64,000 bases of DNA from Planctomycetota bacterium (GTDB lineage: Bacteria; Planctomycetota; Planctomycetia; Pirellulales; Lacipirellulaceae): assembly GCA_029259945.1 (NCBI GenBank), contig JAJDEF010000037.1:122169-186168 (forward strand), read 5' to 3'. This document shows positions 18,907 to 29,206 of the stretch, one piece after another. Below the pieces are notes generated by a model. The model had not been told where the DNA came from, made no database searches, and saw only the letters and a list, made by a program, of their open reading frames with translations. The stretch's first letter is position 1. Every line of letters begins with the position of its first letter. The translations under genes were made by a program, and so were the position numbers.

Positions 18907-19551
18907 ATGAACCAACGATTTTTCTTTTTGAATTTAACGGCCGTCGCGATTCTTGCCGCAACGGCTATGGTTGCGTCTGCCCAACAGACGGTTACGTTTG
19001 TAGAAAACACGTCCGATCCCGCCCTTGCAGGCCTTGGAGCTGGTGGTTACGTCGATGTTTTCTACACTCCAAGCCCTGGAGCTGAATACTTCAACCACGA
19101 TCTCATTGTCAATGCAACGGTAGGTGGCATTCTGGATCCAATTCGGGGGAGTGGGGGCGGACAAGCTGATTCTACAACGTCTACGGTAGATACCTGGACA
19201 CACACCATCAATGAGATATTTGTGCCTAACAGTAGCTCTTATGTGTTTACCACCTATAATCCGGTTGGTAGTTTCCCAACTTTTGTGGGCGATCCACTCC
19301 CGGCACCAGCTTTAAATTGGACGGTCTTTGACACGAACAGTTGTGACTGTGACATTATTGGTCCCTACCATCTAGCGAGAGTTTTGTACTCAGCGGGTGG
19401 TCAAGGCACGATTGACTTCCTGGTAATTGACCAAGCAACGGTTACTGCGGGTGGCGAGTTGTTCTCGACCCCTTACGGGGTCCCCGAGCCTACCACCCTC
19501 GCACTGGCCGCTATGGGCCTCTGCGGCTTGCTGACCCGCCGACGCAGGTGA
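18907..19551 (+). CDS. PEP-CTERM sorting-domain surface protein, copy 2 (tandem paralog)
   Basis: 214 aa, 176/214 identical to copy 1 by manual alignment; VPEP tail; upstream CCAGATGTCACCTG...CTCGTAATAACAAGG also duplicated. Confidence 0.9.
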   Translation: MNQRFFFLNLTAVAILAATAMVASAQQTVTFVENTSDPALAGLGAGGYVDVFYTPSPGAEYFNHDLIVNATVGGILDPIRGSGGGQADSTTSTVDTWTHTINEIFVPNSSSYVFTTYNPVGSFPTFVGDPLPAPALNWTVFDTNSCDCDIIGPYHLARVLYSAGGQGTIDFLVIDQATVTAGGELFSTPYGVPEPTTLALAAMGLCGLLTRRRR

Positions 19552-19586
19552 ATTTTCCAGGGTGAAAAGACAAAGACCTTGAACGA

Positions 19587-22115
19587 CTAGTGGTCGACCT
19601 GTCGGAAGGTGGACATTTCAATCCCGCGCTGATCTAGCACAAAAACGGCAGCTCCGCAGTCGGCTGTGTGCAGAACCTCTGCTCCGACCGCTTGGTACGA
19701 GACCGTAGTCACTCGTTGGTCGGCGGCCTGATGTCGACCGCTAACGACCACCCACCCGGGCGTACACCAAGCAGCAAAGCCGGGCGGGTCGCTATGGCGG
19801 CTACCATGATGGGGTGCCAGCAAAATATCGCAGTGCAGAGGAGGTTCGGCAACCACCGCCTCGATGCCAGGGGATTCAAGATCGCCGGGGAGCAAGATCG
19901 AATGCCCTGCATAACGCACGTAAAGCAGAATGCTGTTGGCGTTGTCACGCCCTCCCACACCAAATCGCGGCGGGTGCAGTACCTCGATTTCGATATCAGG
20001 ATTAGCGGTGCGCAGTCGGTCATTCATCCAGACTTCACGCAACGGGATGTCGGCGTCTTCGAGCGTCGTGCGTAAAAACTCGGGGGCGTCTAACTTGCCT
20101 GCGGTCGCCCAAGGGTCGAACATCAACGGCGAAACATAGACCACCCCGATATCAAACCGATCGAGCAAGCCAGGCACGGCGTTGTAGTGATCGACATCAG
20201 CATGCGAAAGCACAATGGCATCGATACGGGTAATGCCACGAGACCAAAGAAAGGTGGCTATTGTGTCGCTGGTCACTTCGGGCGAAACGAGGCTGCCTGC
20301 ATCGTAAAGAATGGTCTGATTGCCGGGCAGTTCGAGCACGACACACGTACCGTGGCCGACGGCAAGAAACGTGCAGCGTAGTTGATCGTCTTGCCGCGAG
20401 ACTTCGCCCGCCGCTAAGCCCACGGTAATCCAAAGAGCGGCCAGCGAGGCAGCCGTTTTCCAGCCGGTTCGCAGGGTCGGAACCAAAGCAAACAGCGCCA
20501 TCGCACCATAAAAAACCAACAGCCACCAAACCGCCGGGCCAGCAAGATACGCTCGGCTGACATCAACTTGCTCGGCGAACGAGACAATCGTCCGCGTTGC
20601 GCTGAGGCTAAAGGCGCAGATCACTCCCAGCAACGTGGCGACCGGTGGCAAAATCCAGCCGACGGTACAAATTGCCAAGCCTGTGGTCAGCACCACCGCG
20701 ACAAGCGGCCATAGGATCGGGGTAATGAGAATGCTGATAGGCGTGGTGATATGAAAATGATGAGCCACCAACGGCGCGACGACTAACCAAAGAACAAACG
20801 AAGCCGCCGCCAGATGGCCAAAGCTATTCGCTGCCCAACGTAGTGCTTGGTGAAACCAGGTTTCACGGCTACGTATCAAACGAAGGAGTGGGTCCGGCGG
20901 TTTTTTTGATTGGGTGATGCAGTATCCATATCCGGCCAAAGCGGCGACGCAGAGGAAACTGAGCTGCGTCCCGCCGCGAAACAGCTCGCTGGGGTTGTAA
21001 ATAAGCACTCCTATCGCAGCCGTCGCCAGCAGGGTCTGCATCTTGGCACGACGAGTGGTCAACAACGAGAAAAGCGCGAAGACAATGAGAATGGCTGCTC
21101 GTACCACCGGCGGACGCCCTCCGACGACCAAAGCGTAAGCAATCACAAGGCTCGCGGCGATAACGATTGCCAGTCTCTGCGACAACCACCCGCCACGTAA
21201 GATCAACCAGACGACGCCCGCCAACAACCCGATATGCAAACCCGAAACCACCAACAAATGGATGGTGCCGGTCTTAAAGAACGATTCTTTTGTGTCTTGG
21301 CGAAGGTGCTCTCGTTGACCAAGCAAAATCGCCATCGCAAGGTCGCTTTGTTCGACGCCCACATAACGGGAAAGCTGCGTTGCACATTGATTCACCGCTT
21401 TGTTGAGCCAACGCCCCGCCGGCGCAGTTGCCGCAGGCTGAAGAATGGTCACACACTCGGGGGCCAGACTGAAAAGCGCACAATGTCGCCCCACGCCACG
21501 TTCTATTTGTGCCCAATCGTATTGACCTGGGTTCATCGCTGGGCGCGGTCGAGAAAGATGCGCAAAAACCCGAAGTCGATCGCCGGCAGTGATGCCGGTG
21601 AGTACACCAGCAACGCGTAGCCGACAGTCGCCGGTGGCAGTACGCCATTGCGTCCCGTCGCGAACTCTTACGATGCGAACTTCGACCTCGCTTCGTGGGC
21701 GAGCCGGCATTGCTCGTAAGGGGTTGTTCGGGGCCGCCGGGCTCTGCTTGGTGCGAGCAACCGCAATGGCCTCGATGCAGACGGGCCGGGAAACCTCGCT
21801 GGCAAATCGCGTCAGACTGTCGTTGGTCGTATAGTTCCACTGAAGATGATGCCACGCGCCGGCAAGCGCAAGAACTGCCAGCAAAAGAAGGTATGCCGAA
21901 CGACAACCGGCGCCTCGACGGCACATTAGCGTACAAGCAATCACCAAGGCTGCAGAGGCTGCCCACCAAAACAGGTGCCCACCGATCGCGTCTGCCAAAC
22001 CATAGCGATCGGCAACAATGCCTGTAGCCGCAGCAAGAGCCACCCAGAGTATTGGGTGTCTTGAAGGGGTCGAAACGTCAACTTGAGGTGGCAAGTGGGA
22101 CACCGATGCTCTCAA
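19587..22115 (-). CDS. comEC: ComEC/Rec2 DNA-uptake channel with C-terminal metallo-beta-lactamase domain
   Basis: NPGQYD, TGTIHLLVVSGLHIG, RPPVVRA, QLSFL, LAVGHG, SHADVDH, APHHGS motifs; many TM helices. Confidence 0.9.
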   Translation of the reverse strand: MRASVSHLPPQVDVSTPSRHPILWVALAAATGIVADRYGLADAIGGHLFWWAASAALVIACTLMCRRGAGCRSAYLLLLAVLALAGAWHHLQWNYTTNDSLTRFASEVSRPVCIEAIAVARTKQSPAAPNNPLRAMPARPRSEVEVRIVRVRDGTQWRTATGDCRLRVAGVLTGITAGDRLRVFAHLSRPRPAMNPGQYDWAQIERGVGRHCALFSLAPECVTILQPAATAPAGRWLNKAVNQCATQLSRYVGVEQSDLAMAILLGQREHLRQDTKESFFKTGTIHLLVVSGLHIGLLAGVVWLILRGGWLSQRLAIVIAASLVIAYALVVGGRPPVVRAAILIVFALFSLLTTRRAKMQTLLATAAIGVLIYNPSELFRGGTQLSFLCVAALAGYGYCITQSKKPPDPLLRLIRSRETWFHQALRWAANSFGHLAAASFVLWLVVAPLVAHHFHITTPISILITPILWPLVAVVLTTGLAICTVGWILPPVATLLGVICAFSLSATRTIVSFAEQVDVSRAYLAGPAVWWLLVFYGAMALFALVPTLRTGWKTAASLAALWITVGLAAGEVSRQDDQLRCTFLAVGHGTCVVLELPGNQTILYDAGSLVSPEVTSDTIATFLWSRGITRIDAIVLSHADVDHYNAVPGLLDRFDIGVVYVSPLMFDPWATAGKLDAPEFLRTTLEDADIPLREVWMNDRLRTANPDIEIEVLHPPRFGVGGRDNANSILLYVRYAGHSILLPGDLESPGIEAVVAEPPLHCDILLAPHHGSRHSDPPGFAAWCTPGWVVVSGRHQAADQRVTTVSYQAVGAEVLHTADCGAAVFVLDQRGIEMSTFRQVDH

Positions 22116-22244
22116 GAAATGGACAAGGCGGTTGCCCCGGCATTCTAACCCCTGAAGGAAAAAATTTCAGCTATCACGCTTGAAGCATTGGAAGACACCG
22201 GGGACAATGTGCCTTTTCCCCAAGACCCCTACGAGATTTTCGCA

Positions 22245-24365
22245 ATGGAAATGCCTGTATCCCGCCTTCTACCCTCTGGACTCCTCCTGCTGGTCGCGAT
22301 CGTTTTTCTGGTCAGTACAAGCTGCCAGAGTGATCTGCCGGTGACCACGCCCTCGTCCCAGGACGAACCCGTGCTAATCCCACGAAGTATCTTATTCGGC
22401 AATCCGCAACGGGCCTCGGCACGGTTAAGCCCGAATGGCAAGTGGCTCAGTTTTTTGGCGCCGGTCAACGGCATTCTGAATATCTGGGTCGGCCCGTTCG
22501 ACGACTTCACGAAAGCAAAACCAGTCACTAATGAAAAAATCCGTGATATTCGCAGCCACCACTGGGCCTACACGGGTGAGCATGTTCTCTACAGCCAAGA
22601 TAAGGCCGGCAACGAGAACTGGCATGTTTATGCCACGAATGTTGTCACTGGAGAAACCAAAGACCTTACGCCACTCGAAAAAGTGCGCGCCGAAATCGAA
22701 GGCCTCAGTCATAAGTTCCCTGACGAGATCCTCGTGGGACTCAACGATCGCGACCCTCGCCTGCACGACATCTACCGAGTCAACCTCCGCGCAGGCGAAC
22801 GCGAATTGGTACAGATCAATCACGGCGTCGCGGGCTATGTGACGGATGATGATTTCCGTGTGCGCTTTGCGATGAATTACACCCCCGAGGGTGGCAAAGT
22901 TTTATTGAAACCAAAAACTGAAAGCGAAACGGGCGAAGGAGCCGAGTGGGAAGACTTCGTCCGCGTAGGGACCGAAGACGTGATGACGACCGGGCCTGCC
23001 GGTTTTGATAAATCGGGCAACGTGCTATATCTCGAAGATAGTCGCGATCGTGATACGGGGGCGCTGATGGCCGTCGATCTCAGCACGGGTAAGTCGACTC
23101 TAGTCGCCGAAGATCCACGAGCCGATGTGGGCAGTGTGATTTCGCACCCGACTGAAAAAACCATCCAGGCCGTCAGTTTTACCTATTCTCGACGCGAATG
23201 GACTATTCTCGACGAGTCGATTCGCCCCGACCTCGAATACTTGGCCACCCTGGAAGATGGCGAAATCATCATCACCAGCCGAACGCTCGACGATTCGCAG
23301 TGGACCGTGGCCTATGTGCTCGACGATGGGCCGGTCAAGTTTTATCGGTACGATCACACGGCCCGCAAAGCCCACTATTTGTTTAGCAGCCGCGACGAAC
23401 TCGAAAACTACCCATTGGTCAAGATGCATACTCCAGTGATCAAGAGCCGCGACGGCCTGAACTTGGTTTCTTACCTCTCGCTGCCTGCCGAGAGTGATGC
23501 CGACGGGGATGGGCGTCCCGACGCCCCTTTGCCGATGGTGTTGGATGTTCACGGCGGACCCTGGTCGCGCGATGGTTGGGGGTACAACTCGTCCCACCAG
23601 TGGCTGGCAAACCGTGGTTACGCCGTACTCAGCGTGAATTTTCGCGGGTCGACCGGGTTTGGTAAAAACTTTTCGAATGCTGCCGCCGGCGAATGGTCGG
23701 GCAAGATGCACGACGACCTGCTCGATGCCGTGGATTGGGCCGTCGAAAACGGCATCGCGCGGCGAGACAAGGTAGCCATCATGGGTGGCAGCTATGGCGG
23801 TTATGCCACGCTGGTTGGGCTGACGTTTACGCCCGATGTTTTTGCCTGCGGCGTCGACATTGTGGGCCCCTCGAGTTTGGTCACACTGCTAAAAAACGTG
23901 CCGCCCTACTGGATTCCCTTCATGCCGGTGATGAAGCACCGCGTCGGCGACGTCGATACCGAAGAAGGCCGCGCCGAACTAGAGAAGAAATCACCGCTCA
24001 ACTATGTCGACAAAATCACACGACCTTTGCTGATTGGCCAAGGTGCGAACGATCCGCGCGTGACCCAACTCGAAGCCGATCAGATTGTCGAAGCAATGAC
24101 CTCGAAGAATATCCCGGTCACTTATGTTCTCTATCCCGACGAGGGGCACGGCTTTTCGGGAGAGCATAATCGCATGTCGTTTAAGGCCGTGGTCGAAGCA
24201 TTCTTAGCCCAAAACTTGGAGGGACGTTATCAGCCCGTTGGCAACGATTTCGACGAGTCGAGCATTCTTGTCCCCGTCGGTGCTGCCAATGTGCCCGGCG
24301 TCGACGAAGCCTTGTCAGCCGAGCAAAAGCAGATGCCGGCGGAGTCAAAAGAAGATCAGCCGTAA
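22245..24365 (+). CDS. S9 family serine peptidase (prolyl oligopeptidase / dipeptidyl aminopeptidase), probable lipoprotein
   Basis: VSTSC lipobox-like; VHGGPW, NFRGSTGFG, GGSYGG (catalytic Ser), NDPRV (Asp), EGHG (His). Confidence 0.92.
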   Translation: MEMPVSRLLPSGLLLLVAIVFLVSTSCQSDLPVTTPSSQDEPVLIPRSILFGNPQRASARLSPNGKWLSFLAPVNGILNIWVGPFDDFTKAKPVTNEKIRDIRSHHWAYTGEHVLYSQDKAGNENWHVYATNVVTGETKDLTPLEKVRAEIEGLSHKFPDEILVGLNDRDPRLHDIYRVNLRAGERELVQINHGVAGYVTDDDFRVRFAMNYTPEGGKVLLKPKTESETGEGAEWEDFVRVGTEDVMTTGPAGFDKSGNVLYLEDSRDRDTGALMAVDLSTGKSTLVAEDPRADVGSVISHPTEKTIQAVSFTYSRREWTILDESIRPDLEYLATLEDGEIIITSRTLDDSQWTVAYVLDDGPVKFYRYDHTARKAHYLFSSRDELENYPLVKMHTPVIKSRDGLNLVSYLSLPAESDADGDGRPDAPLPMVLDVHGGPWSRDGWGYNSSHQWLANRGYAVLSVNFRGSTGFGKNFSNAAAGEWSGKMHDDLLDAVDWAVENGIARRDKVAIMGGSYGGYATLVGLTFTPDVFACGVDIVGPSSLVTLLKNVPPYWIPFMPVMKHRVGDVDTEEGRAELEKKSPLNYVDKITRPLLIGQGANDPRVTQLEADQIVEAMTSKNIPVTYVLYPDEGHGFSGEHNRMSFKAVVEAFLAQNLEGRYQPVGNDFDESSILVPVGAANVPGVDEALSAEQKQMPAESKEDQP

Positions 24366-24381
24366 ACGATTCTCGTAGCTA

Positions 24382-24840
24382 CTAGAGATACTTCTGATAG
24401 GCAGCGACGGCGAGTTCGTCGACGCGGTCGTTTTCGGGATGGCCGCTGTGGCCAGCGACTCGAGTGTATTGCACTTGATGGGTTTGCAGAAGCTGGTCGA
24501 GGCGCTGCCAGAGGTCTTCGTTTTTCACAGGCACTAGTTTTTTGCCTTCCTTGCGTTTCCAGCCATTGGCCTTCCACTTGGGCATCCATTCGCTCATGCC
24601 TTTGCCGACATAAACGCTGTCGGTGAAAAGTTCGACCAGGGTTGGCTTTTTGAGTGCCGCTAGCCCCTCGATCACAGCGGTCAACTCCATGCGATTGTTC
24701 GTGGTCTCGCGTTCGCCGCCCGAATTTTCTAATTTTTTTTCCGTAGCCGGATGACATAACAAAAACGCCCAACCTCCGGGGCCCGGATTGCCGCTGCAAC
24801 CACCATCGGTAAACAAATGAACTTCGGATTGCTGCGTCAC
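24382..24840 (-). CDS. rnhA: Ribonuclease HI
   Basis: FTDGGCSGNPGPGGW, TTNNRMEL, TDSVYV, VKNEDLW, GHSGHPENDRVDELA. Confidence 0.97.
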   Translation of the reverse strand: MTQQSEVHLFTDGGCSGNPGPGGWAFLLCHPATEKKLENSGGERETTNNRMELTAVIEGLAALKKPTLVELFTDSVYVGKGMSEWMPKWKANGWKRKEGKKLVPVKNEDLWQRLDQLLQTHQVQYTRVAGHSGHPENDRVDELAVAAYQKYL

Positions 24841-24910
24841 GGGGATCTAGGCCTTTGTGTGAGTCTGAAAGAGTAGGACAAGAAGCAATACTGTTGGCTT
24901 CTTAGGCCAT

Positions 24911-26707
24911 CTAGTCAAGTGTGTGATCGACGATGGCAATCTCGGGCCGCGGCTTGGTCATCTGGCGTAATTCATCGGCCAGTGGCGAATCGAGTTTCGG
25001 CAATTCGGTTAATTCCCAAGGCAGATGCACCGTGAACGTGCTCCCTTTGCCAAGCTCGCTTTCGAGGGTAATGTCGCCGCCCAAGAGCCGACAAAGCTCG
25101 CGAACGATCGACAAGCCTAAGCCCGTGCCCGAATACTCGCGAGTCATCGCGTCACCGCTTGGCATGACGGTGGTACCTTGGCGAAATTTTTCGAACACCA
25201 ACACTTGCTCCGATTCACTGATGCCGACGCCCGTATCGACGACGTTGAGCCTCAAGTCGCCCGTTCGATCGCGGTCTGCCGTCACCTTAATGCTCCCACC
25301 GTCAGGAGTAAATTTGATTGCATTGGATAACAAGTTGTTGAGTATTTGCTCGATCTTCCCCCGATCCTGTCGCATCGGCGGCAAATCTTGAGCGATGTCG
25401 CATTCGAGTGCAATATTCTTTCGGCCACTCAGTGAACGGGCCAAATCGCATTGGGTGGCAACGACGACCCCTACATTCATTTTGTCCAACCGCACTTCCA
25501 GCTTGCCACTTTCGATCTTCGCCAAGTCGAGAATGCCGTTAATCATCTCGAGAAGTTGCTTTCCTGATCGCTGGATATTGTGGGCAAAACGGAGTTCCTT
25601 TTCGTCAAGCTGTTCGAGACTGCTGAGTAAATCGCTGAACCCAATAATGCTATTGAGCGGCGTACGCAGTTCGTGGCTGATGGTCGCCAAAAAATCGCTC
25701 TTGTGTTGGTTCATTTCGAACAGCCGCAGGTTGGCTTGCGCCATCTCATCGATTTTACCATCCAACTCGCCATTGACGGCCCGTAGCTCGTCCTGCTGAC
25801 GAAGGAGTTGCCGCAACATTCGGTTGAACGCGGCCCCAAGGTCTTCGAATTCGTCGCCGGTATGAATCGACACGCGTTGTTCGACCTCGCCATGACGAAT
25901 GGCATTGCTCACATCGCGCAAATGGCGAAGTGGCTTGACGATTACATAGCGGACGATCACATAAAGCGCGATCATTGCCAAAAAAACCGTGACAATCGCA
26001 GCGATTGCCAGCATCGATTGATTGAAAGCCAACTGGGCATTGGTTTCTTTCATATCGATCTGAACGCGTGCGATAGCGAGCAAATCACCTATTTGCAGAT
26101 TAGGCCAATAGACGTCCACCATCGAGTTATTGTGACAGGTGATGCATCGTTCCTTCGCGAAAATCGGCTGGTAGTACTGATAGAACTCTTTAGCTTCTTC
26201 TGACGATTGGGCTGGCGAGCCGGAGCTCGACCGTTGCGCCCAAGGTCGGTCGTCTTTATTGAGATTCTGAATCTGCTTGATCTCTTCATCCGTACTAAGA
26301 TTGCCCCCATACTTTTTCCATGCATCGACAAGATGCCACTCCCATCCATCGGCAGGATTACCAATCCCTTTAGGATTCTTGGGGTGAAGAAAATTCCAAC
26401 TAAAGTTGCCGCTACGCAACGACTCTGTCAGAAACTCGTTCGCACCCGAAAAAAGATTGTCCGTCTGAAAGGTACCTTCGTTCAGTATTTTCTGGTGTGC
26501 CTCGATCATCGCGAAATTGACGGCTAACTCGGCCAAGGGCCGATTGTTCTCGACCACAATTTGGTCCGTTCTCGAGCCGTACCACCAGAAGCTTCCTGCG
26601 ATGAGCGGCAGCAAACACGCGCCAAAAAGAAAACGGCACTTGCGCTCCAAATTGGTTTCGCCCAGCGCTTTTTTGATTGTGCGGTAACTCATAGAATAAA
26701 GAGGCAA
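24911..26707 (-). CDS. Membrane sensor histidine kinase with a CxxCH-containing extracytoplasmic domain (DUF3365-like), HAMP, HisKA and HATPase
   Basis: Two TM helices; CITCH at 26132-26146; HTGDEFEDL HAMP; SHELRTPL; NLLSNAIKFT; GTGLGL. Confidence 0.9.
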   Translation of the reverse strand: MPLYSMSYRTIKKALGETNLERKCRFLFGACLLPLIAGSFWWYGSRTDQIVVENNRPLAELAVNFAMIEAHQKILNEGTFQTDNLFSGANEFLTESLRSGNFSWNFLHPKNPKGIGNPADGWEWHLVDAWKKYGGNLSTDEEIKQIQNLNKDDRPWAQRSSSGSPAQSSEEAKEFYQYYQPIFAKERCITCHNNSMVDVYWPNLQIGDLLAIARVQIDMKETNAQLAFNQSMLAIAAIVTVFLAMIALYVIVRYVIVKPLRHLRDVSNAIRHGEVEQRVSIHTGDEFEDLGAAFNRMLRQLLRQQDELRAVNGELDGKIDEMAQANLRLFEMNQHKSDFLATISHELRTPLNSIIGFSDLLSSLEQLDEKELRFAHNIQRSGKQLLEMINGILDLAKIESGKLEVRLDKMNVGVVVATQCDLARSLSGRKNIALECDIAQDLPPMRQDRGKIEQILNNLLSNAIKFTPDGGSIKVTADRDRTGDLRLNVVDTGVGISESEQVLVFEKFRQGTTVMPSGDAMTREYSGTGLGLSIVRELCRLLGGDITLESELGKGSTFTVHLPWELTELPKLDSPLADELRQMTKPRPEIAIVDHTLD

Positions 26708-26809
26708 GTATAGCTAAACGTGCGGGGGAAATTATGCTATCAATCTATTCTAGATCCGCTGCCAGCGTCAGTCCAAGTGCATCCACTTCTTTCCGCCTTT
26801 GCCCTTTGC

Positions 26810-29110
26810 TTACAGCATATCCGCCGGGTCAACGTCGACTGTCCAAATAATATCCCGTGGAGACTTAAAACGCACTGTGGCTAGTTCAATGATGCGTCGC
26901 AAGGCGTCTCCCTCAGACGCTTGCATTTGGATTTGAAAACGATAATTGCCACGTAGCTTGGGAATAGCAGCCGGGGCGGGACCAATAACGCGCAACGATT
27001 TCTCATTACCGCCTGCTTGTTTCAATCGATCGTCCAGTTCTTCGGCGACGCCCCGGGTCGTTTCTTCCAGTGGACCACGGATCACCAAACGCACCATCGC
27101 TCCGTAAGGTGGGTAATGCAACGTGCGGCGCACGATGAGTTCTTGCTTGGCAAACGCCGGGAAATCGTGTCGAACCGCGGCCTTGATCGCCGGATGGTCG
27201 GGGCTCAAGGTTTGCACAATAACCCGTCCGCCTTTGTCTCCACGCCCCGTCCGGCCCGCCACCTGAGCCACCAACTGAAAAGTACGCTCGCCGGCACGAA
27301 AGTCGGGCAGATGCAAGGCCGTGTCTGCGTTGATTACCCCGACGAGCGTGACGTTGGGGAAATCGAGCCCTTTGGCAATCATCTGCGTGCCTAATAAAAT
27401 ATCGATTTCACCTCGACCAAAAGCATCGAGCACGCGCTGATGACTCCCACGGGCGCGCATGCTGTCGGTGTCCATGCGAGCACAAGCGTGTTTTGGAAAC
27501 CGCGCGCGGACTTCGTCTTCCAGCTTTTGGGTTCCTAGCCCTCCGTAACGAATGGCGTGCGACTTGCAATCGGGACAGTTGGTGGGGGGCGAAGCGTGGT
27601 AGTCGCAGTAATGGCAAAGCGTCTGATTCTGCTGTCGATGAAACGTCAGCGACAAATCGCAGTGGGGGCATTGCAAAACAAAACCACACGCAGGGCATTG
27701 AATATGTGTCGAAAAACCACGACGATTCAAAAACAAAATCACTTGCCCGTGGTCGTGCAGGGCTGCCGTCATCGCTTGGTGCAAAGGGCGGCTAATTCCG
27801 CCCCGACCGCCCCGCGATTGGGCACGATCTCGTAAGTCGATGGTCACCACATCGGGCATCGAGCGATCCGAAACGCGGCGTGGCAGCGAAGTCAGCGTAA
27901 ACTCCTTCTGCTCAGCTCGGTACCAAGATTCGAGCGAGGGGGTCGCACTGCCAAGCACCAACGGGATGCGCTCGCCGACGGCCCGTTGCCACGCAACGTC
28001 TCGGGCATGATAACGCGGGGCCGTGTCTTGTTTAAACGACGATTCATGCTCTTCGTCGATCACAATCAATCCTAAATTGGGCGTGGGCGCAAAAACCGCG
28101 CTGCGGGCACCCACCACAACTTGCACTTCGCCGCGGGCAATGCGCTGCCAATGCGCATGACGTTCAACCGCCGATTGATGGCTATGAAGTACGGCGACCG
28201 AGTCGAACCGAGCGCGAAATCGTCGCACCGTTTGCGGTGTCAAACTAATCTCGGGCACGAGCACAATCGCTTGACGACCGTAGCCGACTACTTGGTCGAT
28301 GGCATGAAGGTAAACTTCGGTTTTTCCGCTGCCAGTGACTCCATGCAATACAATTCCACAAGCCTCGTCGGCTTCCATCGCATCCGAGATCTGATCGAGT
28401 GCCGCTTGCTGATCAGGATTTAACGACAAAGGTAAAACTCGTTCCACAGCAGCTTCGTCCAATTGGCTCGTAGCAATACGAGTCTTCTCTGCTTGAATGA
28501 GTCCCTTTTTCAGAAGTTGTTGGATGGGAGCCGAAGTACATCCGGCGGCTTTGGCTAGTTGAGCCTTGGTAAGTGGATCGCTTTGCTTGGCCAATAACTC
28601 GAGGGCATGCCGCTGCTTGGGTGGCAGCTTGAGCTTCGGCATTTCTTGCAATACGTCCTCGGGGACATGCACTAACTGAACCTCACGGGTGCCTGCCTGC
28701 TGTCGTACCCCCGCAGGCACCACGGCTTCTAGCACTTGGCCCCAGGGACACAGGTAGTACTCGGCCATCCAACGTGTGATCCGCAGCATTTCGGGCGACA
28801 ACAGGGTCGACGAATCAACAACTTGGGCTACCTCTTTTAGGCGCCCTGCGTCCACACTTTTGGTTTCTAACTGAACACAGTAGGCGACTACCTTGCGATT
28901 CGAACGACCAAAAGGCACCCGAACTCGGCGCCCCGGCTCGAGAAGTTGATCGCGGCGATCGGAATCACAAAAATTGTCGGGGACGAGGTAATCGTATTCG
29001 CCGTTTGGACCTTCGCCCAACACCACGGTCGCCACCAACCGTTGCTGACGCGCGTCGATTTCCCACTGCATGGGCTCGGTGTCGAACAGGTTTTGTTGCT
29101 GGGAGGACAT
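26810..29110 (-). CDS. priA: Primosomal protein N' (replication restart helicase)
   Basis: GVTGSGKTEVY, LVPEISLTPQ, DEEHE, LGSATPS, CxxC Zn cluster, GTQMIAKGLDFP, QVAGRTGR. Start estimated at MSSQQQ. Confidence 0.95.
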   Translation of the reverse strand: MSSQQQNLFDTEPMQWEIDARQQRLVATVVLGEGPNGEYDYLVPDNFCDSDRRDQLLEPGRRVRVPFGRSNRKVVAYCVQLETKSVDAGRLKEVAQVVDSSTLLSPEMLRITRWMAEYYLCPWGQVLEAVVPAGVRQQAGTREVQLVHVPEDVLQEMPKLKLPPKQRHALELLAKQSDPLTKAQLAKAAGCTSAPIQQLLKKGLIQAEKTRIATSQLDEAAVERVLPLSLNPDQQAALDQISDAMEADEACGIVLHGVTGSGKTEVYLHAIDQVVGYGRQAIVLVPEISLTPQTVRRFRARFDSVAVLHSHQSAVERHAHWQRIARGEVQVVVGARSAVFAPTPNLGLIVIDEEHESSFKQDTAPRYHARDVAWQRAVGERIPLVLGSATPSLESWYRAEQKEFTLTSLPRRVSDRSMPDVVTIDLRDRAQSRGGRGGISRPLHQAMTAALHDHGQVILFLNRRGFSTHIQCPACGFVLQCPHCDLSLTFHRQQNQTLCHYCDYHASPPTNCPDCKSHAIRYGGLGTQKLEDEVRARFPKHACARMDTDSMRARGSHQRVLDAFGRGEIDILLGTQMIAKGLDFPNVTLVGVINADTALHLPDFRAGERTFQLVAQVAGRTGRGDKGGRVIVQTLSPDHPAIKAAVRHDFPAFAKQELIVRRTLHYPPYGAMVRLVIRGPLEETTRGVAEELDDRLKQAGGNEKSLRVIGPAPAAIPKLRGNYRFQIQMQASEGDALRRIIELATVRFKSPRDIIWTVDVDPADML

Positions 29111-29206
29111 AACAAGCGGCGAAGTGGGGGCTGTGGAACGAGGGCCAGGGATGTACGATACCAGTTGAGAGCCCTCTATCCCTAGCCCCCCCCTGTCACT
29201 CATCGC

